Positions 41,551-51,636 of a stretch of 64,000 nt of DNA are shown in pieces. Source of the stretch: an uncultured Planctomycetota bacterium (lineage in GTDB: Bacteria > Planctomycetota > Planctomycetia > Pirellulales > Lacipirellulaceae); contig CAVRBU010000001.1 of assembly GCA_963719315.1 (NCBI GenBank), positions 480,001 through 544,000 of the forward strand. The letters are read 5' to 3'. How positions within the stretch are numbered: position 1 is the first letter of the stretch; every line of letters begins with the position of its first letter. The position numbers and the translations under genes are program-made. The notes below the pieces were generated by a model that did no database searches, was not told the origin of the DNA, and saw nothing but the letters and a program-made list of their open reading frames with translations.

Positions 41551-42021
41551 CTACTTCTTGGCTTCAGCCTTGGGTTGAGCAGCATTCTCAGCCTTCTCAG
41601 CGGCTTTCTGCTCGTCTTTGGTCGACGGGGCGGCCGGAGCCGGCTCCATCTTCGACTCGCTCTTCTCGCTGGAAGCGCCGCAGCCACAGCCGCTGCTCTT
41701 CACTTCACCACCGCAGCTCGAGCAACCGCAGCTCTTCTTCTCGCAACCACAACTGTGCTTTTCACAGCCGCAGCTCTGGCAGCAACCGCAACCACCGCAG
41801 CTGCCATGGCTGCCTGAGAACATTCCGCTGAAGCAACCACCGAAGCTTCCGCAGCTACCGTGGCTTCCGCAGCTCGACATGCTCCAGTCGCCGCAGCTTC
41901 CGCAGCTCATGCCGCAACCACCGCAGCTTCCACAGCTACCGTTGCTGCCGAACCAGCCGGCATTGGCGCTGCAAGGAACGGCCAACACGGCCACGATCAA
42001 GGCAATCCGAGAAAAACTCAT
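41551..42021 (-). CDS. secreted Cys/Gly/Ser-rich repeat protein
   Basis: signal peptide ending ANA; 21 Cys in GSC/GGC/SCGC repeats; GGAG upstream; hairpin downstream. Confidence 0.75.
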   Translation of the reverse strand: MSFSRIALIVAVLAVPCSANAGWFGSNGSCGSCGGCGMSCGSCGDWSMSSCGSHGSCGSFGGCFSGMFSGSHGSCGGCGCCQSCGCEKHSCGCEKKSCGCSSCGGEVKSSGCGCGASSEKSESKMEPAPAAPSTKDEQKAAEKAENAAQPKAEAKK

Positions 42022-42203
42022 TTCCTAATTCTCCATTCGCGTACGCGTACGCCCGGCAATGACGTTCGCCTGGTGGCGGACCCCAAATCATTGGTCGAGG
42101 CTCGACAAGGATAGGTCGAGCACTGCGCCGAGCAAGCGGCGGCGGGAATTGTTGCGAATCGTGCCGATTGGCGCAGGGAAACCGGTTATGCGGGCACCGC
42201 AAT

Positions 42204-43037
42204 TCAGGCAGCCTGCTCCAACTCGGCCATCTTCCGAGCCACCCGCTTTCGCCGCCCCATGTGGAAAACTGCATCCAGCAGCGATGGCGCGAATCGCTTC
42301 ATCGCCACCATGAATCTCGCGAACGGTTCGATCACGACCAGCCGCCGATTGCGGTAGATCGCCTTCACTGCCGCATTCGCAACGCGTTCTGGCGTCGTCG
42401 TAATGGCGCGGGGCGGAATCTTGTGCGCTTCGACCTTCTCTTCCAACGGTGCGCTCGTGAACAGATTCGTCCGCACGAAGCCGGGGCACAATGCCGTCAC
42501 TCCCAAGCCTTCCCGGCCGAATTCCCGCCGCAGCGATTCGCTGAAGCCCACCATCCCGAACTTCGCCGTGCAATACGCCGTCACCTTCGGCATGCCGACC
42601 AGTCCCAGCACGCTGCATACATTGAGCACGTGTGCCTCGGGCCGCTCGAGCAGCGTCGGCAGCAGCTCGCGCGTGAACTGTACGTGCGACAGCAAGTTGA
42701 TTCGCAACAGCTTTTCCCAGTGCTCGGCCGCCATCCGCTCGGTCTTGCCGTAGTATGTAATGCCTGCGTTGTTCACAAGTATATCAACGCCATTCCACAG
42801 ACCGAGCACGGCCGCTACGGCCGACGTAACCTCGCGCGGCTGCGACATATCGCACCGCCGCGTGACGACTTCGACGCCCGCCCCCCGAGCCTCCGCTGCG
42901 GTTGCCGCCATCCCGGCCTCGTCGATATCCACCAGAAACAAGTCGGCCCCTTCGTGCGCCAGGCGAAGCGCAATGGCCCTGCCAATACCGGATGCAGCGC
43001 CGGAGATTAGTACTTTCTTCCCACGAATCACCCGCAT
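42204..43037 (-). CDS. short-chain dehydrogenase/reductase
   Basis: SGAASGIG, NNAG and YCTAK motifs. Confidence 0.92.
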   Translation of the reverse strand: MRVIRGKKVLISGAASGIGRAIALRLAHEGADLFLVDIDEAGMAATAAEARGAGVEVVTRRCDMSQPREVTSAVAAVLGLWNGVDILVNNAGITYYGKTERMAAEHWEKLLRINLLSHVQFTRELLPTLLERPEAHVLNVCSVLGLVGMPKVTAYCTAKFGMVGFSESLRREFGREGLGVTALCPGFVRTNLFTSAPLEEKVEAHKIPPRAITTTPERVANAAVKAIYRNRRLVVIEPFARFMVAMKRFAPSLLDAVFHMGRRKRVARKMAELEQAA

Positions 43038-43061
43038 CGTTCAACTCTCCAATATTGCAAA

Positions 43062-43087
43062 AAGCCGGCGACCCGGGTCGCCGGCTT
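43062..43087 (-). terminator. perfect 26-bp palindrome, terminator-like on the minus strand
   Basis: AAGCCGGCGACCCGGGTCGCCGGCTT running into T5 on the minus strand. Confidence 0.6.
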
Positions 43088-43097
43088 GGCAATGAGT

Positions 43098-43149
43098 GTA
43101 GGCGAGTTTCTCCGAAACTCGCAACCGCGTCTCGCAGAGACGCAGCCAC
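43098..43149. repeat. REP-like doublet (family of 1651-1702)
   Basis: GTAGGCGAGTTTCTCCGAAACTCG-caac-CGCGTCTCGCAGAGACGCAGCCAC. Confidence 0.7.
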
Positions 43150-43152
43150 GCG

Positions 43153-44292
43153 TTACGCGGCGGCCTTCTTCCGTTCCGGAATCGGCAACGGCTCACCGGG
43201 CGGAACCACGCGCGTGAACTCGCCCGTTTCCAGATCCGCCGGCGGAATCGCCCGGCTCAACCGCAACCGGTCTTCTCCACGCAGCAGCGCCACGCCCCAT
43301 TTGTCGAGACTATACTTGCCGCCGTTGTACACGCTGCGATAGGACTTCTTGTTCGTGTAGGCCGGCACGTGCGACGGAATCACTCGCATGTTGAACGCCA
43401 GCCGATGGTGGTCGGTCGTGTTCGGCCCCGAGCCGTGAATGCAACGCTCGGTGAAGATGATGAATTGACCGGCCGTCACCGGCAGTTCGACGCAATCTTC
43501 CATCTTCTCATCGAAGTCGAACGTATAGGCCGCCTTGTAGAATCCTTCTTCACCGCCGAATTTGATCGAGCGGATGCGATCGTGCGTACCGCGAGCAAAC
43601 CGCAAGCAGCCGCGCTCCGGCGTGGCGTCATCAATCGCGACCCACACCGTGAGCTGAAAAATCTCACTGCGATCGGGCGGAAAAATGCCCGGATCCTGAT
43701 AGTCCTCGACCATGAACGTGCTCGCCTGATGCCACTGGATGGCGGGCGACTTCGGGCCTTTGTAAAAATATTGCGACCGCCACACCAGCAAATCCGGCCC
43801 AAGCAGCTGCGCGCACCGCTCGGTGATCGCCGGATTCTTCATGTATTTCCACAGCCGCGGCGATTCGAAATGCCGATCGCGCGGTGTCGCCCAACCGTAC
43901 GTTTTGCTCTTTTCGTTCTCCAGCGCCAGCACCTCGCGCTTGAAGTCCATCATTTCGTCGTGGCTGAATGCATCGAACGGACCCAGAAAGCCCTGCGTAT
44001 AGAAGAGCTTGAGGTCCTTCTCGCTGAGCTGATATTGCGGCGCCACCTGGGCCTTCGGCTTGAACGAGGTCGGCATCTTGAAATAGCACGTCTGGTCGAT
44101 CGAAGCCTTCGTGAAGCGGCTCTTCATCAACACCCAGAACATTTCGTGCGTCCAATTGTTGACCACCGACTTGATATCGCGCGGCAAAATGAACCGCGGC
44201 AGATGCAACGTTTTGTATGCCCATAAAATGCTCGTGGCAAACATCAACAGCGAACGCTGCCACAACGGCCTTACCTGCGGACTCATGTTCAT
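43153..44292 (-). CDS. SyrB2/BarB-like non-heme Fe(II)/2-oxoglutarate halogenase (chlorinating enzyme family, PhyH fold)
   Basis: LGPDLLVWRS, WHQA (HxA), TVW.A, GCLRF..GTH, AGQFIIF, CIHGS and GGKYSLDKWG motifs. Confidence 0.82.
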   Translation of the reverse strand: MNMSPQVRPLWQRSLLMFATSILWAYKTLHLPRFILPRDIKSVVNNWTHEMFWVLMKSRFTKASIDQTCYFKMPTSFKPKAQVAPQYQLSEKDLKLFYTQGFLGPFDAFSHDEMMDFKREVLALENEKSKTYGWATPRDRHFESPRLWKYMKNPAITERCAQLLGPDLLVWRSQYFYKGPKSPAIQWHQASTFMVEDYQDPGIFPPDRSEIFQLTVWVAIDDATPERGCLRFARGTHDRIRSIKFGGEEGFYKAAYTFDFDEKMEDCVELPVTAGQFIIFTERCIHGSGPNTTDHHRLAFNMRVIPSHVPAYTNKKSYRSVYNGGKYSLDKWGVALLRGEDRLRLSRAIPPADLETGEFTRVVPPGEPLPIPERKKAAA

Positions 44293-44544
44293 GACTGGGA
44301 CTCACTGATTTGGGGGTGAATATTGGTAGCTGCAATCGCAAAACTTCAGCAACTCGCCGAATTCCTCAGAATCCAGCTATCTGGGTCCGGTTGCACCGAT
44401 TGCCAAAAAGTATCGGATCGTAGCGATGGTATCGTTGAGAAGGCAAGCGGACTTTTCATGCCGCCAGCACTTTTTCGCTTCGCCTTTGCCCGCGATAGCA
44501 ACCAACCACTCGCGGCCCACCCCGCGACAACGTAAATTGAATTA

Positions 44545-46190
44545 ATGCCCTCTTCCTACGCCAATATTCCGCTCCCCCACCGGGGCAACAGCGACTCGCG
44601 TCGCGTCGCCTTCCAACCAGCATTCGGCGCACCCGTGCGCTGGACGCTCATCGTGCTATCATGGCTAGCGTTCGGCGTTGCCAGTTACCTCGCCTTTCAT
44701 TCGGTCACCGGCACATCCGTCGCCGGTTGCGGCGTCGGCGACGCCAACGGCTGCGATGTCGTGCTCTCCAGCTCGTGGTCGAGGTGGCTCGGCGTACCCG
44801 TCGCTGTGCTTGGCCTCGCTTGCTACGCCTCGCTCGCGTCGCTCAGCGTGCTCCTGGGATTGCGCAGCGCCGCGGCCAATCGCTGGATCACGACCGCTTA
44901 CGTCACGCTCGCGATCGTCGCCGCCGGCGCCAGCCTGTGGTTCATCGGCGTGCAGATTGTTGCCATCGGAAACTATTGCAAATACTGTCTCGTGACCGAT
45001 GCCTGCGGTATCATCCTGGGCATCGTCGCACTCGCTGCAGCCGTCCAATGCATGCTGTCCCGTCGTGGCCAGCCGCAGCCGCGAACCATGCAACCGGGCT
45101 TGATGGCGCTCTGCGCGGCGCTGCCAGCCGGCGCTCGCGCGCCAGGTGCGGCAATCGTGCCCCCCTCGATAATGGCTTCTCCCCCTTCGCTTTTGGCTGC
45201 GCTCGCCGGCGCGCTTCCGTTGTTGGTGCTTTTGATCGGGGGCCAGCTCCTGTTTGCCGCTAAGACGTTCCAAGTCGAACAACTCGCGCTCAACGATTCG
45301 ATCAAAATGGATGGCGCCTCCGACGATAACGCCGCCGGCGAAACCACCACGCCCGCGGCCCACGTTGCACTCCGTATTCCTTCTGAAGAAGGTGGCGAAA
45401 CGGGCGACGCGTCGCCTGAGTCGAAAACCGCGGATGCCACGGCTGAAAAGAATCCAGACGAAACGAGCGACCCGTCAATAACAGATCACACCGCCGCCGA
45501 CCCGGCCATCGACCCGACACACGCGAACCAAGCTACTGAGAAACCGGTGCCGCCCACCGACGAGCCCGCCCGTGAACGCGTCGTAAAATTCCTCGGTGGC
45601 AAACTTTCGCTCGATGTTTACAAGCACCCGCTGATCGGCTCGCCCGAAGCGCCGCACATCGTCGTCGAAATGGTCTCCTACGATTGCCCCCATTGCCGCA
45701 AGATGCACGCCATCATGGAGGACGCGCTGGCCCGCTATGGCAACCAGGTCGCGCTGCTGGTCATGCCCGTGCCTCTCGACAAGGATTGCAACAAGCTCGT
45801 CACCGACGAGGCCGCCTCCCATCTCGGCGCTGCGCCACGGCTCGCTTCGCCTGCGGCATCGCCAAGCTCAATTCGCGCGCGTTCGTCAAGTTTCACGACT
45901 TCCTGATGACCGGCAAAGACAAACCGCCCGGTATGGAGCGAATCATTCCCAAGGCCTATGCCATGGTGAACCGCGACCGACTCCGCGAATTGACCCGCGG
46001 TCCGGAAATCAAAAAGCAAATCGACGGCTACATCGACCTTTTTGGCCAATTGCAAGCCAACAGCCACGGCAACACCAAATTCGGCCTCCCCGTACAAATC
46101 CTCGGCGACCACGTCATGACGGGCGAAGTCGAGAAGCCGGAAGACGTCTTCCAAGCCTGGGAAGAACACCTCGGCGTGAAACCGAAGTAA
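44545..46190 (+). CDS. VKOR-DsbA/thioredoxin fusion protein; frameshift near 45830
   Basis: GC..GCDVVLSSSWS..LGVP and YCKYC (VKOR); YDCPHC and GLP (DsbA-like); acidic linker. Confidence 0.85.
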
Positions 46191-46415
46191 CTCCTTCTCC
46201 CCAAAGTCCGGCTGATCGACAAGTCAGGCACCGGAAAAAAGTCCGTAAAAAGGCGACGCGTTCGCGCCCAAATGACCCTCGACAGCAACCTGTTCGTGAG
46301 GCATTTGTTTGACCACCGACTGGAACCGACTCTAAAATCACCCTCGTTGGCGCATTGAAACTCTTATCCGTCCGCATGCGTATCCCGTCCCACAACTGAG
46401 ATATGGAGGATCGGA

Positions 46416-47327
46416 ATGCTCGGCACTCTCAAAAGTAGGCGGTCGCATCGGAAAGCGTTTCGCAACACCGTATTCGCTGCCGTCACCCTGATCGCGCTCG
46501 CCGCCAGTCTGCGCGACGCTAGTGGACGACAAGTCGAGGAATGGCCCTACGACAAGTTGTTCGAAAAAGCGGAACTCATTGTGATCGCTGCGCCACAGGC
46601 GACACGTAATCTGCCAGTACAAAGTGGATGGCAGGTACCCAAGCACCTAGTGCCTCAGGAGACGACGTTCACTGTTCTACAAGCGCTCAAAGGCGAGGTG
46701 AAAAATCCGCCGCTGAAGATGTTCCATTTTGGGGTCGAGCCGGGGATGAAATTGGTCCGCGGTTCAGGCTGGATAGCGTTTCGGAGGAACCAATCGTCGT
46801 TTCGAACAGGCCAGAGAAGCATAACCGCAGCTGTAGTCCCGCCACCGCAGTATCTTCTGTTCCTAATCGCCGCCGGGGACCGGTACGAGCCGGTTTCGGG
46901 CCAAGTTAATCCGGAACTATCGGTGAAAGAAATCCATGCGCCGCTGCCGCTGGAGAGCGCCCCAGACTCATCAACAGATCGCCTCATCGTGCCGGGGAGT
47001 CGGGTCGGGCAATATGTAATTGGAGTTAGCACGCTGGCGCAGATACTCGGCAGCGACACGCCGGAGGCACGCCAACGCTTCGCCGATCAGGGACTTTGGT
47101 TTGAATTCAACAGAGGGCATGAACTTTCAGCCGTGACCACATCGAATGAGCAGTTTGCAACCAAAGAGGGGCTCAAAGTAGGTTCGAGTATTGAGCAAGT
47201 GCAAATCGCGCTCGGTGGTGCGCGACCTGCTGAACGACAAACACTCGTCTCCGGCCTCTTGGATTATGGCGGGATTCAATTCGTTCCAAAGGAGGAGCGC
47301 GTGCGCAATTCGGGTGTCGAAAAATAA
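46416..47327 (+). CDS. secreted hypothetical protein
   Basis: GGAGG upstream; signal-like N-terminus. Confidence 0.6.
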   Translation: MLGTLKSRRSHRKAFRNTVFAAVTLIALAASLRDASGRQVEEWPYDKLFEKAELIVIAAPQATRNLPVQSGWQVPKHLVPQETTFTVLQALKGEVKNPPLKMFHFGVEPGMKLVRGSGWIAFRRNQSSFRTGQRSITAAVVPPPQYLLFLIAAGDRYEPVSGQVNPELSVKEIHAPLPLESAPDSSTDRLIVPGSRVGQYVIGVSTLAQILGSDTPEARQRFADQGLWFEFNRGHELSAVTTSNEQFATKEGLKVGSSIEQVQIALGGARPAERQTLVSGLLDYGGIQFVPKEERVRNSGVEK

Positions 47328-47358
47328 TCGGCAATGATCAACGACGGGAGGATTGCAC

Positions 47359-47742
47359 ATGCAATGCAATAGAATTGAAGAGCGAGTAACTTCGCTTGAG
47401 AAGCAGCTAAGCTTCTGGAAGTATGTGGCAGCAACACTATTAATCGTGTTCATCGGCGTGGCGGCAATCGCCGGCAGCGAAGAACACGTCAAGGCGAAGG
47501 AACTGACGGTCTCGGACGGTAGCGGCCGGGTGATCGTGCAATCTGATGGCGTACTGCTTTACGACGCAACCGACAAGCTTCGAGCGACACTCGGGGTTGA
47601 AACCAACCATTCCACGTTGAAGTTGCACGACCGCGGAGGCAAGCCGCGTATGGTGCTGGATGTGTCCGACGCGGGAGGCAGGATTCTGTTTCTTGAACCT
47701 TCCGGCGAGGCAAGAAAAGCAATTGAGGCGGATGGCCGATAA
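47359..47742 (+). CDS. membrane-anchored hypothetical protein
   Basis: GGAGG upstream; coiled coil + TM + L.D..GK.R repeats. Confidence 0.65.
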   Translation: MQCNRIEERVTSLEKQLSFWKYVAATLLIVFIGVAAIAGSEEHVKAKELTVSDGSGRVIVQSDGVLLYDATDKLRATLGVETNHSTLKLHDRGGKPRMVLDVSDAGGRILFLEPSGEARKAIEADGR

Positions 47743-47753
47743 CGAGGCATTCC

Positions 47754-49117
47754 TGAGGTGGACCCCATTGGTTGGGCGCCGAATAGGGTTGAATAAGGTA
47801 GTGGGGCTGGCGGCCCGCAAGACCCCTCACAGGTCTTGCGCGGCCGCTGCAGCGGTTTAACTTTCTGATGTACTAACCAGCTATCAAATTGTTGCGCACG
47901 ATTTCAATTCGTTTTTCGTCTGACGGCGGCCCGTCGCTTGAGCCTCGCTCGCGATAAATCTCCCATGGGGTGCGGTAGCCGAGCGCCTGATGGATTCGTT
48001 CGTTGTTGTAGAAGCGGAAGTACGCCGCCAGCGACGCGTCGGCTTGCCAGCCGTCCACGTAATCCTTGAGGTACACGTCCTCGTATTTCACACTCCGCCA
48101 CAGCCGCTCGACGAACACGTTGTCGATCGCCCGGCCGCGGCCATCCATGCTGATCGCCACGCCGGCAGCCTCCAGCCGCGACGTGAACGCTTCGGCTGTG
48201 TATTGACTCCCTTGGTCGCTGTTGAAGATCTCGGGCTTGGTCTGCGTGAGCGCTTCGTCGAGCGCCTCCATACAGAAGTCGCCGGTAAGCGTGTTCGACA
48301 AGCGCCAACTCAGCACGTAGCGGCTGTACCAGTCCATCACCGCCGCGAGGTACAAAAACCCGTGACGCAGCGGCACGTAGGTGATGTCGCTGGCCCACAC
48401 CTGGTCGGGCCGCGCGACCTCCACATTCCGCAGTAAATACGGGTAAATTTTGTGTCCGGCGCCGGGCCTGGTGGTCCGCCGCTTCGGATAGATCGCCTCG
48501 ATGCCCATCACACGCATCAACCGTTGGATGCGCTTGCGGTTCACTCCCAGCACTTCCGAGAGCTTGCGGCTGCCGTAAAACGGCGTCCGCAAATACTGCT
48601 CGTCGATCGCACGCATGAACGCCAGGTTCTCGGCCGATTCGCCAATCGGCTGGTAGTACCACGTGCTTCGTGCGAGCCCCACTAGCTCGCACTGCCGCGC
48701 GATCGTGAGCTGTTTGCGTTCCGTTTCGATGCATCGCCTCAGTCCTTCAGTTGAGCTCGGCAGCTTTTTTTTTCAACCACTCGACTTCCATCTTCAGCCG
48801 GCCGATCTGCTCGTAAAGCTCCTGGTCATTGGCCGTGTCCTCGGCCGCTCGCTTGCCGCGGCCGTCTTCGAACAACTCCGGAGCTCCCTCCAAGAGTTGC
48901 TTCTTCCAGGCCGTGATCTGGCCCACATGCACTTCATACTCAGCCGCCAGTTGAGCCGTGGTCTTGTCGCCCCGGCACGCCGCCAGTGCTACCTTCGCCT
49001 TGAACGCACCGCTAAAACTCCGTCGCTTCCGAGCCATCCTCCGAACCTCCTGATAGGCCATCCCACAGCGGGGATTTTATACCTTATCAGGGCGCCCAGT
49101 TTTTGGGGTCCACCTCA
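47754..49117 (-). mobile_element. IS3-family insertion sequence, complete
   Basis: TG...CA ends; IRs TGAGGTGGACCCCATTGGTTGGGCGCC / TGAGGTGGACCCCAAAAACTGGGCGCC; TCC duplicated at 47751-47753 and 49118-49120. Confidence 0.93.
47873..49061 (-). CDS. IS3 transposase OrfA/OrfB with -1 frameshift at A9G (~48764-48773)
   Basis: OrfA FKAKVAL HTH; OrfB WASDITY, NSDQGSQY and DNVFVERLWRSVKYE. Confidence 0.93.
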
Positions 49118-49184
49118 TCCTACACCGTCGGGCGGCCGATCACTCCGCATTCTCTGGGTTATGCATAGCTGCTCATGAGCGGTG

Positions 49185-49493
49185 TCACTCGACTTTTGTG
49201 ATCGTCAAGGCCACTGCCGCGCCAATCAACATTCCGGCGATGCACGTAATTATTGGAAGCCAAATTGATTCGCTTAACGCGGCCCCGCCCACAGTGAGAA
49301 CAGGTAGATTAATGTCAAACCAGCCGAACCAATGACCAACTCCGATAGCGAAAACAGCGAAAAAGCCCATTGCGATCCCTATCCAAGAGCCAATGAAGCC
49401 ATAGCGGTATACCCTGGACTTAATATTGAACTTAAGGGCCACGAGTGCCATGGAAGCGAGAACAATAGCGACTGTGAGAATTAGAAGTTCCAT
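49185..49493 (-). CDS. small membrane protein
   Basis: three hydrophobic helices; lower GC than the backbone. Confidence 0.55.
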   Translation of the reverse strand: MELLILTVAIVLASMALVALKFNIKSRVYRYGFIGSWIGIAMGFFAVFAIGVGHWFGWFDINLPVLTVGGAALSESIWLPIITCIAGMLIGAAVALTITKVE

Positions 49494-49644
49494 TCGCGGC
49501 GGCGCTTTAGCGGTACGTGTGCATTTGGAGCCTAACTGACACTCGTCTACTGTCAAGCCTGGGGCAGCAGCATCTTGGGAAGTTTGCCAACACAGCGCCC
49601 AAGCAGGGCAACAGCTGGCGCGGACCTTACGAGCCGGATGCCAA

Positions 49645-50016
49645 ATGAGGAATCCAGTGGGAATGCTTGGACACTTGTTAGTGTACGCGGCTGTGTTATC
49701 TGTGGCCCAGGCTCCTGACGCACATGGCGAGTCGGCCGCCAAAAAACGAGAAGTCATGAAGGAGTCGTGGAAAGCGTTGTTTGGCAGCGATCTTGACTTT
49801 TCGCCTCGTGGGTTCTTCAACCTGATGTCGGCTGTGGGCGCTAAACCCTTGGATGAGTTCACCCCGTTTGAAGGTGTGGAGCGCAAGCGTTGGCTGAAGG
49901 AATCCTCCGAACGCTGGATGAGGACTTTTTTCAAGGAGCAGTTTCTGCCGCAGGGAGAGCCGGAAATGCGGCGCACAAAGGCGGCGCACAAAGGGGACGG
50001 GAGTCAAATCATGTAA
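49645..50016 (+). CDS. secreted hypothetical protein, possibly truncated by a REP hairpin
   Basis: signal-like N-terminus; ends inside the palindrome at 49991-50035. Confidence 0.4.
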   Translation: MRNPVGMLGHLLVYAAVLSVAQAPDAHGESAAKKREVMKESWKALFGSDLDFSPRGFFNLMSAVGAKPLDEFTPFEGVERKRWLKESSERWMRTFFKEQFLPQGEPEMRRTKAAHKGDGSQIM

Positions 50017-50035
50017 CAATGACCCCCGTCCCCTT
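49991..50035. repeat. REP-like hairpin
   Basis: AAGGGGACGGGAGTCA...TGACCCCCGTCCCCTT. Confidence 0.65.
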
Positions 50036-50229
50036 ACTCGTCCGCTTCAATTCTTATGGAAGGGAAGTAGAAGATGCCGCACTTGATTGTGCCGATGGAA
50101 TAGCTGAAAAATACAGACGGGAAGAAATCGGTGAGCTCGTTACGAACTTGTTACACGATTCAGGACGCGAAATTCGCAGGCGGTTGATATACTGCGTGCT
50201 GCTATCCGTTTCATCCAGGCCCAGGTTCC

Positions 50230-51636
50230 ATGAGATTGCGCGTTTCGCTTTACCTGCTCGTCCTGGCATTGCCATTGTCGGCCAGGTCGTCGGAGGCCGC
50301 GTATCGGGATGCGCTGGTTGCCGGCGTTCCCCACGTCAGGCAGCGCGAGGATTTCTGCGGCGAGGCGTGTGCGGAGATGGTGCTTCGCAAGCTCGGGAGG
50401 AAGGGGGATCAGGACTACGTCTTCAATATGTCGGGGCTCGATCCGGCACTGGGGCGGGGATGTTACTCGGCGGATTTGAAGCGGGCGCTGGGGCGAATCG
50501 GATTCAAGACGGGCAACGTCTTCTACCATGTCGATGCAGCTCGGGCCGAGGAGGGGATCGAGGCGCAGTGGCAAAAAATGTACGCCGATCTGGTGAAAGG
50601 CGTACCTTCGATCGTTTGCATGCACTACGACGCGTCGCCGAATACGACCGAGCATATGCGGCTGGTCGTGGGGTATGAGGCCAAGACGGATTCCGTCGTT
50701 TATCTGGAGCCGGCGGATCGAGAGGCGGGCTATCGGCAGATGGAGCGAGTGGCTTTTTTGGCGCTGTGGCCACTCAAGTATGAGGCGGAGCAGTGGCTGT
50801 TGGTTCGCTTCCGGATGGAGCCGGGCGACATCCGCGAACCGGCGGCGATGATGGGAATCACGAATGCCGACTATGCGCAGCATGTGCTCACGCTCAAAAA
50901 ACGGATACCTGAGGGGTTCAGCCTGTTTATCGAGCGGCCGTTTGTGGTTGTGGGCGATGAGTCGGCCGAGCAAGTTAAGTCGCGCTGCGAGCGGACGGTG
51001 AAGTGGGCAGTCGTGAAATTGAGACAGGATTATTTCGCCCGCGATCCGGATGACATCATCACGATCTGGCTGTTCAAAGATGAGGACAGTTATCGCAAGC
51101 ACACGAAAGCGGTGTTCAACGACACGCCGACGACACCGTATGGGTATTACTCGGCTGCCCACAAGGCGCTCTTCATGAACATCGACACGGGCACCGGCAC
51201 GCTCGTGCACGAGATCGTCCATCCGTTCGTGCGGGCAAATTTCCCGCGCTGCCCCGTTTGGTTCAACGAGGGGCTCGGCTCGCTCTACGAACAGTGCGGC
51301 GAGCGGGATGGGCATATCGTCGGTTACCCCAACTGGCGGTTGCCGGGGTTGCAGCGGGCGATCAAGGCGGGCGCCCTGCCGTCGTTCGAAGAACTCACCG
51401 GCACGAGCACGAACGAGTTCTACGGCGAGGACAAAGGCACGAATTATTCGCAAGCGCGGTACCTGTGTTACTACCTGCAAGAACAGGGAAAACTCAGGTC
51501 GTTCTATCGCGATTTCGTGGCGCACCAGACGACAGACCCCACCGGCTACAAGACGCTCATGAAGATTCTCAACGAAGATGACATGGTAGCGTTCCAGGAG
51601 AGGTGGGAGGCGTACGTGTTGGCGCTGCGACGATAA
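50230..51636 (+). CDS. secreted C39-like peptidase fused to a gluzincin-like domain
   Basis: VPHVRQ..FCGEAC and H.RLVVGY; HEIVH...WFNEGLG. Confidence 0.82.
   Translation: MRLRVSLYLLVLALPLSARSSEAAYRDALVAGVPHVRQREDFCGEACAEMVLRKLGRKGDQDYVFNMSGLDPALGRGCYSADLKRALGRIGFKTGNVFYHVDAARAEEGIEAQWQKMYADLVKGVPSIVCMHYDASPNTTEHMRLVVGYEAKTDSVVYLEPADREAGYRQMERVAFLALWPLKYEAEQWLLVRFRMEPGDIREPAAMMGITNADYAQHVLTLKKRIPEGFSLFIERPFVVVGDESAEQVKSRCERTVKWAVVKLRQDYFARDPDDIITIWLFKDEDSYRKHTKAVFNDTPTTPYGYYSAAHKALFMNIDTGTGTLVHEIVHPFVRANFPRCPVWFNEGLGSLYEQCGERDGHIVGYPNWRLPGLQRAIKAGALPSFEELTGTSTNEFYGEDKGTNYSQARYLCYYLQEQGKLRSFYRDFVAHQTTDPTGYKTLMKILNEDDMVAFQERWEAYVLALRR

Noticed and set aside
41618..42028. Plus-strand Pro/Gln-rich ORF (PQLPQLP)
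   Set aside because: It is the antisense shadow of the Cys-rich gene, which has the ribosome-binding site, signal peptide and downstream hairpin.
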